From: a virus
Taxonomy: Duplodnaviria; Caudoviricetes
Virus record (IMG/VR): IMGVR_UViG_3300018481_000024
Coordinates: 1 to 59,362 of that record
Reading direction: 5' to 3' (one strand)
Length of the DNA stretch: 59,362 nucleotides
The notes below the pieces were generated by a model that worked only from the letters and a program-made list of their open reading frames with translations, ran no database searches and was not told where the DNA came from. Shown one piece after another: positions 47,293 to 55,801 of this stretch (position 1 is its first letter; each line of letters opens with the position of its first letter). A program made the position numbers and the translations under genes.

Positions 47293-47429
47293 GCGCCCCG
47301 ATGGGCGGTGATGGCCGTGGCTATCACACCGACCCCGACAACCCCTACTGGATGACGAAGCTCACCCCACAGTTCGTCATCCAGCTCGTCCTGCTACCCG
47401 TCTTCGTCAACCTCTGGAGTCAGTCATGA
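47289..47429 (+). CDS. 46-aa membrane peptide (not in the ORF track)
   Basis: MSAPMGGDGRGYHTDPDNPYWMTKLTPQFVIQLVLLPVFVNLWSQS; ATGA overlaps at both ends. Confidence 0.55.
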   Translation: MSAPMGGDGRGYHTDPDNPYWMTKLTPQFVIQLVLLPVFVNLWSQS

Positions 47430-48049
47430 GCGTCACCCGTACCCCCGTCAATCCCGAACCCACCTTCGATCCCACCGACCCCGACTCGTTCCCCGAGACG
47501 GTCTTCTACCGGGATCTGGAGCACCACCTCAAGGCCCGTGCTCTCTACGAGGCGGCGAAGGATGCCGCCGACCGGTACAAGGACCGGACCAAGGCCAACG
47601 TCGAGGCCATCGGCGACAAGGACAACACCGGCAGCTACGTCGTCTCGTTCGAAGAGAGCGACGAGGGCTATCTGACGGTCGCTGGCGAACAGGTCAAGTT
47701 CGTCAAGTCGGAGAAGTACAAGAAGTCCAAGGGCGGCATCAACCCCGAGAAGGCGAAGGAACTCCTGTCGGAGTCGCAGTGGGAGCAGTCCACGACCCAC
47801 GTCATCAGCATCGAGGTTCCCGGCCACGCCCCGGTCAAGGAGATCGTCGCCGCCGTGAAGGAGACGTTGAAGGACGCCGACATCACCGATGGCTTCGTCA
47901 TCGACCCGAACCTCGTCATCGATGAGGACAAGGTCACCAACCTGAACTACTTCGACGGCCCGGATCAGATCACCGACAAGCTGTTGAAGGAGATCACCGA
48001 CGACGACGAGTACGCCACCCGGCTGATCGTCAACAAGAAGAAGAAGTGA
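47426..48049 (+). CDS. Hypothetical protein (coiled coil plus beta hairpins; Gam/Gp157-like possible)
   Basis: GGAG RBS; strong phage codon bias; basic C-terminus. Confidence 0.6.
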   Translation: MSVTRTPVNPEPTFDPTDPDSFPETVFYRDLEHHLKARALYEAAKDAADRYKDRTKANVEAIGDKDNTGSYVVSFEESDEGYLTVAGEQVKFVKSEKYKKSKGGINPEKAKELLSESQWEQSTTHVISIEVPGHAPVKEIVAAVKETLKDADITDGFVIDPNLVIDEDKVTNLNYFDGPDQITDKLLKEITDDDEYATRLIVNKKKK

Positions 48050-48528
48050 TGCCCGACCCGGTCGAGGATCTGTTCGGTGACTTGATGGATAACCCTGAGT
48101 CTGGAGAGGCTCAGGATTATCCCGGTCGTCGGAAGCCTGCGAACCGGCCCGACAAGAAGACGGCCACCGATACTGTCACACCCCCTTGGGATGATCGTCC
48201 CCTACACCTTGTCCACAAGGGTCAGGTGAGGGAGTGGTTCACGATCAGGCACCTCGCGAAGGCGCTGGGTCGCAAGGAGGTCACCATTCGTTCATGGGAG
48301 AAAAAGGGCAGGATGCCACAGACCCCGTTCCGAACCGCACCACCGAGGGGTTCCAACCTCGCGCAGGCGGCGGGGCGGCGGCTGTGGACCCGTGAGCAGA
48401 TCGAAGGCATCGTCCAGATCGCCGAAGAAGAGAAAGTCATCGTTGACATGAAGCAGTCACCGCCAACGGATCGGTTCGCCATCCGGGTGGCTCGGTTGTT
48501 CGCAGAGATCAAGGCCAAGGAGGTCTGA
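48046..48528 (+). CDS. MerR-like HTH DNA-binding protein
   Basis: FTIRHLAKALGRKEVTIRSWEKKG.MP..PFR....RRLWTREQI. Confidence 0.8.
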   Translation: MMPDPVEDLFGDLMDNPESGEAQDYPGRRKPANRPDKKTATDTVTPPWDDRPLHLVHKGQVREWFTIRHLAKALGRKEVTIRSWEKKGRMPQTPFRTAPPRGSNLAQAAGRRLWTREQIEGIVQIAEEEKVIVDMKQSPPTDRFAIRVARLFAEIKAKEV

Positions 48529-48531
48529 CCA

Positions 48532-49428
48532 GTGGTACGCAGAGCAGTGATTCCAGACGAGGATGAGTTCATCCCCGAGGACGACGACGAGGGCACGCCC
48601 GCAGAGGCTGCCGACGGCGGTGAGGACTACGAGGGTGAGCCGGAACCGGCACCCCGTCGTCAGCGACAGCGTGTCGCCGACGACGCCGAAGACCTCGACC
48701 CGCCCGCCACGAAGACGAGGCGTGCCCGTGTCACCGATGAGGACGGCGAGGAGGAGAAGCGTCTCCCCCGGAAGGCTGCGGCCTCGACCAACGGGACGAA
48801 GCGTCGGACCATCAAGCGTGGCTGGCAGGCCGGTCAGAAGACCATCGACAACAACCGTGGTCCGACCACCTACGCCAAGGCGTATCAGGACAACCCGACG
48901 ACTCAGGTTCTCAAGTTCCTTGAGGACGAGCCGTACGCCAGCTACGCCCGCCACTGGGTGGCTCGGGTCGACGCCGAGGGCAACAAGAAGAACCGCCCCT
49001 ACGTCTGCCTCGGCACCTTCGATGAGGCGTGCCCCCTCTGTGACGTGCTCGGTGACAAGCCGCAGTCGGTCAACTCGTTCAACATCGCGGTGCTGGACGA
49101 GGACGGCGAAGACGTGACCCACTACACATGGGATGTCGGTCCCCGGCTGTTCGACACGCTCAAGTCGTTCCGTGAGGACCCGAAGATCAAGACCCTCACC
49201 AAGGGCTTCTGGGGTTCCCGCCGGTCGGGCAAGGGCTTCCAGACCATGCACCACGTCACCCCCATCCGGTCCGCCGCCACCCTGCTGGAGGACTACGAGA
49301 TGGAGGCTCCTCCGACCTCGGTGTACGCCGAGATCGAACTGTACGAGGCCGACATCATCTCGGTCCCGACCTACGAGGAGTTGGAGGAGATCGCCGAGGA
49401 GTTGGCGAACTCCGACGATTACGAGTGA
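48532..49428 (+). CDS. Single-stranded DNA-binding protein (T4 gp32-like)
   Basis: KFLEDEPYASY.RHW..YVCL...CPLC..FNI..RSGKG..T.H; acidic termini; precedes the polymerase gene. Confidence 0.72.
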   Translation: MVRRAVIPDEDEFIPEDDDEGTPAEAADGGEDYEGEPEPAPRRQRQRVADDAEDLDPPATKTRRARVTDEDGEEEKRLPRKAAASTNGTKRRTIKRGWQAGQKTIDNNRGPTTYAKAYQDNPTTQVLKFLEDEPYASYARHWVARVDAEGNKKNRPYVCLGTFDEACPLCDVLGDKPQSVNSFNIAVLDEDGEDVTHYTWDVGPRLFDTLKSFREDPKIKTLTKGFWGSRRSGKGFQTMHHVTPIRSAATLLEDYEMEAPPTSVYAEIELYEADIISVPTYEELEEIAEELANSDDYE

Positions 49429-49429
49429 G

Positions 49430-51451
49430 GTGTATCTACACCCGCACCTGATGCGCTCAGAGGAGGCGCTGGACCCGATGGTCCAGCGCCTTCTTCGCGC
49501 TCCGTACGTCGTGCTCGACGTGGAAACCGACGGCCTCGACACCACCAACAACTCGGTGATCTGGGTCGGCCTCGCCGCTCCCGGCCAGCGCCACGTCATC
49601 CCGCTCGGTCACCCTCTCGGGTTCTGCACCGAGCCTGCCCACGTCATCGAGGAGGACGACCTCTCGACGGTGCGGCCCTTCAAGAACAACCCCACCCGGT
49701 TCACCAAGCCGAAGAAGAAGCGGGTGAAGATCCCGGCGAAGTTCTCCGAGCCGCCGGTAGATCAGTTGCGACCCGACATCGTGTTCGCCGCGTTGAAGCC
49801 CCTGCTGTTCGATCCCGAGCGGATCATCGTCGGCCACAACGTGAAGTTCGATCTCCTGTCGGTGGCGAAGTACTACGGCGGGCAGATCCCGACGGCCCAT
49901 CCCCACGACACGATGATCCTCGCCCACATCCTCAACGAGAATCAGGCTGCCTACGACCTCAAGACCCTGACCACCAACTGGCTGCTCGGTCCGAAGGCCA
50001 CGCCCGAGAGGAAGGCGGAGTTCTACCCGGCGCTCGCCAAGGGCGGGATCATGGACAAGCCCTTCGACGCCATCGCCGAGTACCTGTGCCGGGACATCAC
50101 CTACACGATGTGGTTGTACCGCCGGTACATGAAGCGGCTCACCCCGAAGTTCCGTGACGTGTTCGAACTGGAGTCGGACACCCAGCAGGTGATCATGGAG
50201 ATGGAGCAGGTGGGGGTCCGGGTGGACCTGAGTGTCATACGAAACCTGACTACCAAGGTGGCTCAGGAAAGAGACGCCCTGATCCAGTCCATCTACGACG
50301 AGGCCGGTCGGGAGTTCAACATCGCCAGCGTCCCCGAGAAGGTGGCGCTCCTGTTCGGCTCCAAGGACGAGGGCGGCATGGGACTGGAGCCGGTGAGCTT
50401 CACCAAGAAGAACCAGCCTCAGGTCAACAAGGCCGTGATGCAGGCGCTGGCCGACGACGGTGTCGACATCGCCGAGATGCTCATGGAGTACGGCGAGCTG
50501 GACAAGATCCTGAACTCGTTCCTCGTCCCGTACGAGGAGGAGTTCGTCAACCCCACCACCCACCGGGTCCACCCCTCCTTCTGGCAGCACCGGGCGAGAA
50601 CGGCACGGCTCACCTCGTCGGAGCCGAACATCCAGCAGATCCCGGTGCGGACCGAACTGGGCCGGATGTTCCGTCGGTCCTTCACCGCTCCACCCGGTGG
50701 CGTCCTCGTCACGGTCGACTACGACCAGATCGAACTGCGCTGCACCGCCCACCTCTCGCGGGACAAGGCGATGCGGACGATCTTCATCCTCGGCGAGGAC
50801 ATCCACGCCCGGTCAGCGGCCAACGCCTTCACCATCTCCATCGAGAAGGTCACGCCGGAGCAGCGTGCCAACGGGAAGACCTTCTCGTTCGCCGTGCTCT
50901 ACGGGGCGTCCCCGAAGAAGGTGGCGAAGACGATCGGTCGTCCGATCAAGACCACCGAGAAGTTGCTGGAGGAGTTCTACAAGGGCTTCCCGGCGCTGGA
51001 GAGGTGGAAGCGGGAGGTGCTGGCGTCAGCGGTCCGCAAGGGTGACCCCAACATCCGAGGGGCTGACCCCTACGTCGAGATCCCCCCGTATGGACGACGA
51101 CGCCGACTGCCCGATCTGTGGTCTGGGGACACCAGCGAGTTGTGGAGGGCACAACGACAGGCCGTCAACGCCGTCGTCCAAGGGTTCGCATCCTGCATCA
51201 TGAAAGAGGCGATGGTGTTGACGGCGGATGAACTCCGCCGATCGGGTCTGGCTGCCCGGATCGTCGTACAGGTCCACGACGAAGTGGTGGTCGAAGTGGA
51301 TAACGTGTGTGACGCTGAAGCGGTGCTGGCCCTCGTGGTGAAGTGCATGGAGTCGATCACCGATCAGCACGGGGATCCGATCCTCGGAGACGTGCCACTG
51401 ATTGCCAGCGGAGGCTTCGGGCCGACGTGGGTTGATGCGAAGGACCACTGA
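49430..51451 (+). CDS. polA: DNA polymerase family A with 3'-5' exonuclease
   Basis: ExoI DVETDG, ExoII GHNVKFD, ExoIII YLCRD; motif A DYDQIELR, motif B R..GKTFSFAVLYG, motif C VHDE; start set at GTG 49430. Confidence 0.95.
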   Translation: MYLHPHLMRSEEALDPMVQRLLRAPYVVLDVETDGLDTTNNSVIWVGLAAPGQRHVIPLGHPLGFCTEPAHVIEEDDLSTVRPFKNNPTRFTKPKKKRVKIPAKFSEPPVDQLRPDIVFAALKPLLFDPERIIVGHNVKFDLLSVAKYYGGQIPTAHPHDTMILAHILNENQAAYDLKTLTTNWLLGPKATPERKAEFYPALAKGGIMDKPFDAIAEYLCRDITYTMWLYRRYMKRLTPKFRDVFELESDTQQVIMEMEQVGVRVDLSVIRNLTTKVAQERDALIQSIYDEAGREFNIASVPEKVALLFGSKDEGGMGLEPVSFTKKNQPQVNKAVMQALADDGVDIAEMLMEYGELDKILNSFLVPYEEEFVNPTTHRVHPSFWQHRARTARLTSSEPNIQQIPVRTELGRMFRRSFTAPPGGVLVTVDYDQIELRCTAHLSRDKAMRTIFILGEDIHARSAANAFTISIEKVTPEQRANGKTFSFAVLYGASPKKVAKTIGRPIKTTEKLLEEFYKGFPALERWKREVLASAVRKGDPNIRGADPYVEIPPYGRRRRLPDLWSGDTSELWRAQRQAVNAVVQGFASCIMKEAMVLTADELRRSGLAARIVVQVHDEVVVEVDNVCDAEAVLALVVKCMESITDQHGDPILGDVPLIASGGFGPTWVDAKDH

Positions 51452-51841
51452 ATGGATACGGACAAGGGCTGGTGGGCTAAGAAGCTAGGGGGTGGCTCAC
51501 CAGATGCTCATGTAGAGCAGCCGCAGCAACATCCACAGCAGTATCCACAGCAATATCCCCAACAGCAGATTCCACAGAACGGCTCGCAGCCTCAAGGCCA
51601 GATCCCTCCTTCCCAGATTCAGGTTACGCCCGAGAATCTTTTCGAGGCGATGAACCACTGGCAGGGAGGTGAGGCGTCCCGTACGGAACGGTACGGATGC
51701 CCCCGGTGCGGCGGGAACCACTACTACTCCCGGTCGCAAGGAACATCGAGAGGGCCAGCGCCCGCTCCGATGTGCTTCGACTGCGGGTTCAATGGCATGT
51801 TCGATCAGGGGGATCCGACTGTGTGGGGAACGACTGTCTGA
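51452..51841 (+). CDS. Gln/Pro-rich protein with C-terminal zinc ribbon
   Basis: WWAKKLG; QQ(H/Y)P tandem repeats; CPRCGG..CFDCG. Confidence 0.7.
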   Translation: MDTDKGWWAKKLGGGSPDAHVEQPQQHPQQYPQQYPQQQIPQNGSQPQGQIPPSQIQVTPENLFEAMNHWQGGEASRTERYGCPRCGGNHYYSRSQGTSRGPAPAPMCFDCGFNGMFDQGDPTVWGTTV

Positions 51842-51860
51842 CGTTCTCTACGGAGTGAAC

Positions 51861-52112
51861 ATGAAATCCGATCCCTACATGTTTCTGATCGACCTGTTGT
51901 CGAAGATGTACAACCCATTGGTTATAGAGGTATACGAAGATCGGATCAGACAGGCCGCTCTTTTCCTGAATGACCAGTGGGACTCAGATATCTGGTTGGT
52001 CTTCGACCGGGACTTCCACTGGAAGTTCGGTCGCCCGAACGTCGCCGACTTCACCCACGGCCCCAACGTCGTGATCAAGGTGCAGCACTACATATCGGAG
52101 TATCTAGATTGA
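51861..52112 (+). CDS. Hypothetical protein (AT-richer insertion)
   Basis: GGAG RBS before ATG 51861; TTGA overlap with the recA start. Confidence 0.5.
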   Translation: MKSDPYMFLIDLLSKMYNPLVIEVYEDRIRQAALFLNDQWDSDIWLVFDRDFHWKFGRPNVADFTHGPNVVIKVQHYISEYLD

Positions 52113-53128
52113 CTGAACTCAACGACCTCATCCGCTCCTTCAACAAGAAGGAGAAGCGGGATGTCATCATCCGGGGAGCCGACCTCAAGGAGCGGGTGAT
52201 CCCCCGTGTCACCTCCGGGTCGCTCACCTTCGACGTGATCCTCGGTGGCGGCTGGCCCCTCAACGTGTGGAACGAGATCGTCGGCCAGCCCTCAGCCGGG
52301 AAGTCGGTGGTGGCGATGAAGAGCATCGCCGCCCAGCAGAAGGTGAACCCCAACCACGAGACGCTGTGGATCGCGGCGGAGGACTTCGTCCCCGACTGGG
52401 CGCAGACCTGTGGCGTGAACCTTGATCAGGTGGCGGTCGCCGAGCTGAACGAGGCGGAGAAGGCGTTCCAACTGGTGGTGGATGCATTGGAGACGCGGTC
52501 GGTCGACGCCGTCGTGATCGACTCCCTCCCTGCCCTCGTCCCCGTCGGTGAGAACGAGAAGGACGTGGGCGAGTGGATGCCCGGTCTTCAGGCTCGACTC
52601 AGCAACCAGTTCATGCGGAAGTCCGGCGGCACCCAGCGCCGATCGCTCGTCGCCCCGGACCGACCCTGCTTCTGCCTCGCCATCAACCAGTGGCGGTACA
52701 AGATCGGTGTCATGCACGGCGACCCCCGCACCACACCGGGCGGGGTCGGCAAGGACTTCGCCTACTTCGTGAGGGCCGAGGTGGCCCGTGACGAGTGGCT
52801 CACCGACACCAAGAAGCGGCGGGTCGGCCAGACGATCATGTGCCGGACCATCAAGAACAAGAGCGCCCCTCCCCAGCAGCGGTGCGCCTTCGACTTCTAC
52901 TTCGACGTGGGCGGTCCGGTCGACCCCGGTAGCTACGACACCATCGGTGAGCTGCTGAACACGGCGCTCGTCTTCGACGTGATCCAGCAGGGCGGCGGCT
53001 ACTACACCTTCAACGACGAGCGCATCGGTGATCGGGGACGGGACACGGTGCTGGAGTACCTCCGGTACGACCTCACCGTGCAGGAGCAGATCAGATCCGA
53101 AGTGATGAGGCTGGCTCTCCGGGCCTGA
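52109..53128 (+). CDS. recA: RecA-like recombinase
   Basis: SGSL..D..LGGG.P; EI.GQPSAGKS; VIDSL.AL; INQ.R.KIGVM.GDP.TTPGG; KNK.APP; TTG start after GGAG. Confidence 0.93.
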   Translation: MTELNDLIRSFNKKEKRDVIIRGADLKERVIPRVTSGSLTFDVILGGGWPLNVWNEIVGQPSAGKSVVAMKSIAAQQKVNPNHETLWIAAEDFVPDWAQTCGVNLDQVAVAELNEAEKAFQLVVDALETRSVDAVVIDSLPALVPVGENEKDVGEWMPGLQARLSNQFMRKSGGTQRRSLVAPDRPCFCLAINQWRYKIGVMHGDPRTTPGGVGKDFAYFVRAEVARDEWLTDTKKRRVGQTIMCRTIKNKSAPPQQRCAFDFYFDVGGPVDPGSYDTIGELLNTALVFDVIQQGGGYYTFNDERIGDRGRDTVLEYLRYDLTVQEQIRSEVMRLALRA

Positions 53129-53142
53129 TACACTGGTGACTC

Positions 53143-53484
53143 ATGCTGGATGAAATACCTGAAGGTCATCTCATCGGGAAGAGCATCTCCTCCTCGACCT
53201 ACAAGAACCTCGGGTGCCGCTGTGAAGGATGCCGCATCGAGGCCAAGTTGTACCAGCGGAAGATGAGGAAGCGGGGCGGGAGGATCAAGGCCCACGACAA
53301 GGCCCAGTCCGTCGCTACCTATCGGGCTGGTCAGTGGGTCCGAGAAGAGTTCCCTCGCGTGTGGTCACGCATCTACAAGGAGGCGCTGGCCGAGGCGCTG
53401 ATCTCCCACGACTTCACCCCGAAGGAGCAGAGTGTCACACCCTCAGAAGAGACTGTCGGACAAGCAGGAGCAGCGAACGGCTGA
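53143..53484 (+). CDS. Small Zn-binding protein
   Basis: STY.N.GCRCEGCR..A..YQR actinophage motif. Confidence 0.6.
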   Translation: MLDEIPEGHLIGKSISSSTYKNLGCRCEGCRIEAKLYQRKMRKRGGRIKAHDKAQSVATYRAGQWVREEFPRVWSRIYKEALAEALISHDFTPKEQSVTPSEETVGQAGAANG

Positions 53485-53743
53485 GCAGTTCGGCGGCACC
53501 GTCAACCCCGGCAGTGGATCGGGATGGCGTCGACCGCAGGACGTGAGGGTCGGGCGGGAACTCCTGATCGAGAACAAACGTACCGGCAAGAAGGGCATCA
53601 CCATCAAGGCTGACGACTGGAAGCAGCTTCGGCTCAACGCTCTCAGTACAGGCCGGATGCCCATGATGAGCATCGAACTAGGTGGGGTCGACTACGTCAT
53701 GGTGAGACAGGTCGACTGGGAGGAAAAGTGCGGAGAACTCTGA
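53432..53743 (+). CDS. Holliday junction resolvase-like PD-(D/E)XK nuclease
   Basis: QE...A...GG....GSG.....DV.....IENK.T. Confidence 0.75.
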   Translation: MSHPQKRLSDKQEQRTAEQFGGTVNPGSGSGWRRPQDVRVGRELLIENKRTGKKGITIKADDWKQLRLNALSTGRMPMMSIELGGVDYVMVRQVDWEEKCGEL

Positions 53744-54738
53744 GCGCCACAGCAGTAGAGAAACTGCGGGCGACACATAGCAGCAAACCCGATGGGCCGA
53801 TTCTTCTGCCCATCATCGAACGGCACGTCATGAAGGCCAGCGCCGGTCGGGACGAGGACCGGGATATCGCCCACCTCCACCCCTCCGAGATGGTGAAGGA
53901 CGACTGGTGCCCCCAGCGGAGCTACTTCCGCATCATGGATGCGGAGAAGGAAACGACGGACGCCAATCCGAGTTTCCGAATGCAGTCGGCGTTCGCCAGC
54001 GGCCATGACGCCCACAAGAAGTGGCAGCGGTGGCTCAGCGAGATGGGCATCCTCTGGGGCAAGTGGAAGTGCGGGTGCGACTCCACGGTCATGGGTGCCT
54101 TCACCCCGTTCGACCGGTGCCGGGTCTGCATGGAGAAGTGGCGCTACGTCGAGGTCCCCTTCGAAGACGAGGAGTACCTCATCTGGGGACACGCCGACGG
54201 CCTCGTCATCCTCAACGCCGGGGGCAGCTACCTCATCGAGATCAAGACCATCGGCATCGGCACGCTCCGGTTCGAAGCTCCCATCCTGTACGAGAAGCTC
54301 CAGAACGGTGTGCTCACCGTCGATCAGGTGTGGTCGGCCATCCGCAAGCCGTTCGCCTCCCACCGGATGCAGGCCCAGTTCTATCTGTGGCTGTTGCAGC
54401 GCCAATATCCTGAGTTCGCCAACGTCTCAGAAATGCTGTTCATCTACGAGTGGAAGCCCGACGGCGCGGTGAAGGAGTTCCGCATCGGAGCCACCGAGTC
54501 GGTCATCGCTCCCAAGCTGGAGCTGGCTCGCGAGGTAGCCAACCACGTCAACCACGGCATCCAGTACCGTGAGCGCCCCGACTGGGCAGCGCCCGACGGT
54601 CATGTCTGTTCGTCGTGTGAGTACCGGAGCATTTGCTGGGACATTGTGGAGGTAGACGATGGTGCAACGCCGACGGGTGTCTCGGTTCGACGTTCGACTG
54701 GGCGGGGTGGGAAGCGGACCCGCGTGGCAGCAGCCTGA
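53728..54738 (+). CDS. Cas4/RecB-like PD-(D/E)XK exonuclease with Fe-S/Zn cysteines
   Basis: HPSE..WCP; G...H; GHADG; IEIKT; Q...Y; C..C.Y...CW. Confidence 0.85.
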   Translation: MRRTLSATAVEKLRATHSSKPDGPILLPIIERHVMKASAGRDEDRDIAHLHPSEMVKDDWCPQRSYFRIMDAEKETTDANPSFRMQSAFASGHDAHKKWQRWLSEMGILWGKWKCGCDSTVMGAFTPFDRCRVCMEKWRYVEVPFEDEEYLIWGHADGLVILNAGGSYLIEIKTIGIGTLRFEAPILYEKLQNGVLTVDQVWSAIRKPFASHRMQAQFYLWLLQRQYPEFANVSEMLFIYEWKPDGAVKEFRIGATESVIAPKLELAREVANHVNHGIQYRERPDWAAPDGHVCSSCEYRSICWDIVEVDDGATPTGVSVRRSTGRGGKRTRVAAA

Positions 54739-55126
54739 CGACGAGATCCCACAGATACCGGACGACATCACCGGGATGTCCGACCGGGATCTGATGAACC
54801 TGTTCGCCGAGTTCACGGCATGGCAGAACTTCTTCTCCACCCAGTTGGCGAAGTGCGAGGCCGACGAGATCGAGCAGGCTGCCTTCCTCCGTCGGGCCGA
54901 GGCGAAGGCGCAGGCAGCGTCGGAGGCCAAGACCGTGGCGATGCGGAAGGCCGAGGCACAGGACGACCCGGCGGTCGCCAGATCCACCGACTCCTACGTC
55001 GAGATCAAGGCCAAGAAGAAGGCGCTCGCCATCTACATGGAGTCGCTGGAACGAGCGGCCAGCCTCCTCAGCCGGGAGCTGACCCGTAGGCTGGCCTATG
55101 TGAACCGACCTGACCGGGTTCCCTGA
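54659..55126 (+). CDS. Helical coiled-coil protein (UvsY-like recombination mediator possible)
   Basis: IPDDIT..SD..LM.LF..FT.W..F..SRELTRR; located in the recombination cluster. Confidence 0.55.
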   Translation: MVQRRRVSRFDVRLGGVGSGPAWQQPDDEIPQIPDDITGMSDRDLMNLFAEFTAWQNFFSTQLAKCEADEIEQAAFLRRAEAKAQAASEAKTVAMRKAEAQDDPAVARSTDSYVEIKAKKKALAIYMESLERAASLLSRELTRRLAYVNRPDRVP

Positions 55127-55566
55127 TGGCATCACGGGGGAAGGGTGCCCTCGACCGGGGGAAGACCGCCGAGCGGAAGGTCGTTGAGTTCCTGAAGACG
55201 GTGCGACTCAGGAATGTCCGACGCCTGAAGGCGGGCGAGTTCACGGACAAGGCCGACATCATGTTCGACGGTTCCGTCTGGCATATAGACGTGAAGAGCC
55301 GGAACACAATCGCCATTCAGGCATGGTGGCGGGAGATCAGGGTCGAGGCCGAGGCTCTCAAGCTGAAGCCCATGTTGATTATCCACTTCCCCGGTGAGGG
55401 GAGCGCAGCGCATTGGCTCTGTATCACAGAACTCCAAGATGCGAACATCGGATGGACCGGCCAGTTACACTCAGCGTTGGCCGAGCCACCGATCGGGAAC
55501 GTACATGACGGACACAGTGATAGAGCCTCGGGCGGAGGTCATCCTCAAGGTCAGCTCCAACTCTGA
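55126..55566 (+). CDS. Second Holliday junction resolvase-like nuclease
   Basis: RG..AER.VV..L.....R..AG...DK.DI......IDVK. Confidence 0.75.
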   Translation: MASRGKGALDRGKTAERKVVEFLKTVRLRNVRRLKAGEFTDKADIMFDGSVWHIDVKSRNTIAIQAWWREIRVEAEALKLKPMLIIHFPGEGSAAHWLCITELQDANIGWTGQLHSALAEPPIGNVHDGHSDRASGGGHPQGQLQL

Positions 55567-55801
55567 CCCCCACGCCGTCAGCGCAGCCATCTTCCGTTCC
55601 ATCTTCGACAGCCTCACCTTCCCGACGGTGCGCGCCATAGGCCACGGTGCCATCGGTCAGGCCACCAAGAGCATCGCCATCGCACGAGGCAACATCGCTG
55701 TGCGTGGCATCGACCTGTCGTGCAACATCGGGTTCGAAACCATCACTGGATCGTCCGGTGATCAGATCTCCTCGATGGTGTTTCGTCTATTCCCGAGATG
55801 A
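55505..55801 (+). CDS. spoVS: SpoVS-family protein (Alba-like fold)
   Basis: [44 protein letters not shown]...F parallels B. subtilis SpoVS ILKVSAKS.PNSVAGAL..IQAIGAGALNQAVKAVAIARG. Confidence 0.88.
   Translation: MTDTVIEPRAEVILKVSSNSDPHAVSAAIFRSIFDSLTFPTVRAIGHGAIGQATKSIAIARGNIAVRGIDLSCNIGFETITGSSGDQISSMVFRLFPR

Larger units (their letters stand above)
1350..55212. repeat. Dispersed gapped palindrome CCTGAN-N10/11-NTCAGG, usually with A/T flanks (not contiguous)
   Basis: Perfect cores start at 1350, 4471, 25773, 37820, 40803, 42283, 45170, 48094, 50245, 55191; one-mismatch copies at 13163, 13695, 30425, 43273, 46653, 54409. Confidence 0.85.

Noticed and set aside
8804-51454. Stop codons directly followed in frame by ATG (8806/8807, 12036/12037, 24855/24856, 51451/51452) as read-through fusions or an alternative genetic code
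   Set aside because: Each downstream gene has a purine-rich RBS-like sequence, and conserved genes are not interrupted by TGA or TAG; ordinary tight packing explains it
51514-51570. QQ(H/Y)P 12-nt tandem repeat as a CRISPR-like or contingency locus
   Set aside because: Short, degenerate, in-frame low-complexity coding repeat
36999-53128. Inteins or introns in DnaB, PolA or RecA
   Set aside because: Lengths are normal, motifs are contiguous, and no intein or homing-endonuclease signatures are visible
53728-54738. Cas4 as evidence of a CRISPR-Cas system
   Set aside because: No repeat-spacer array or other cas genes; solo Cas4-like exonucleases are common in phage recombination clusters
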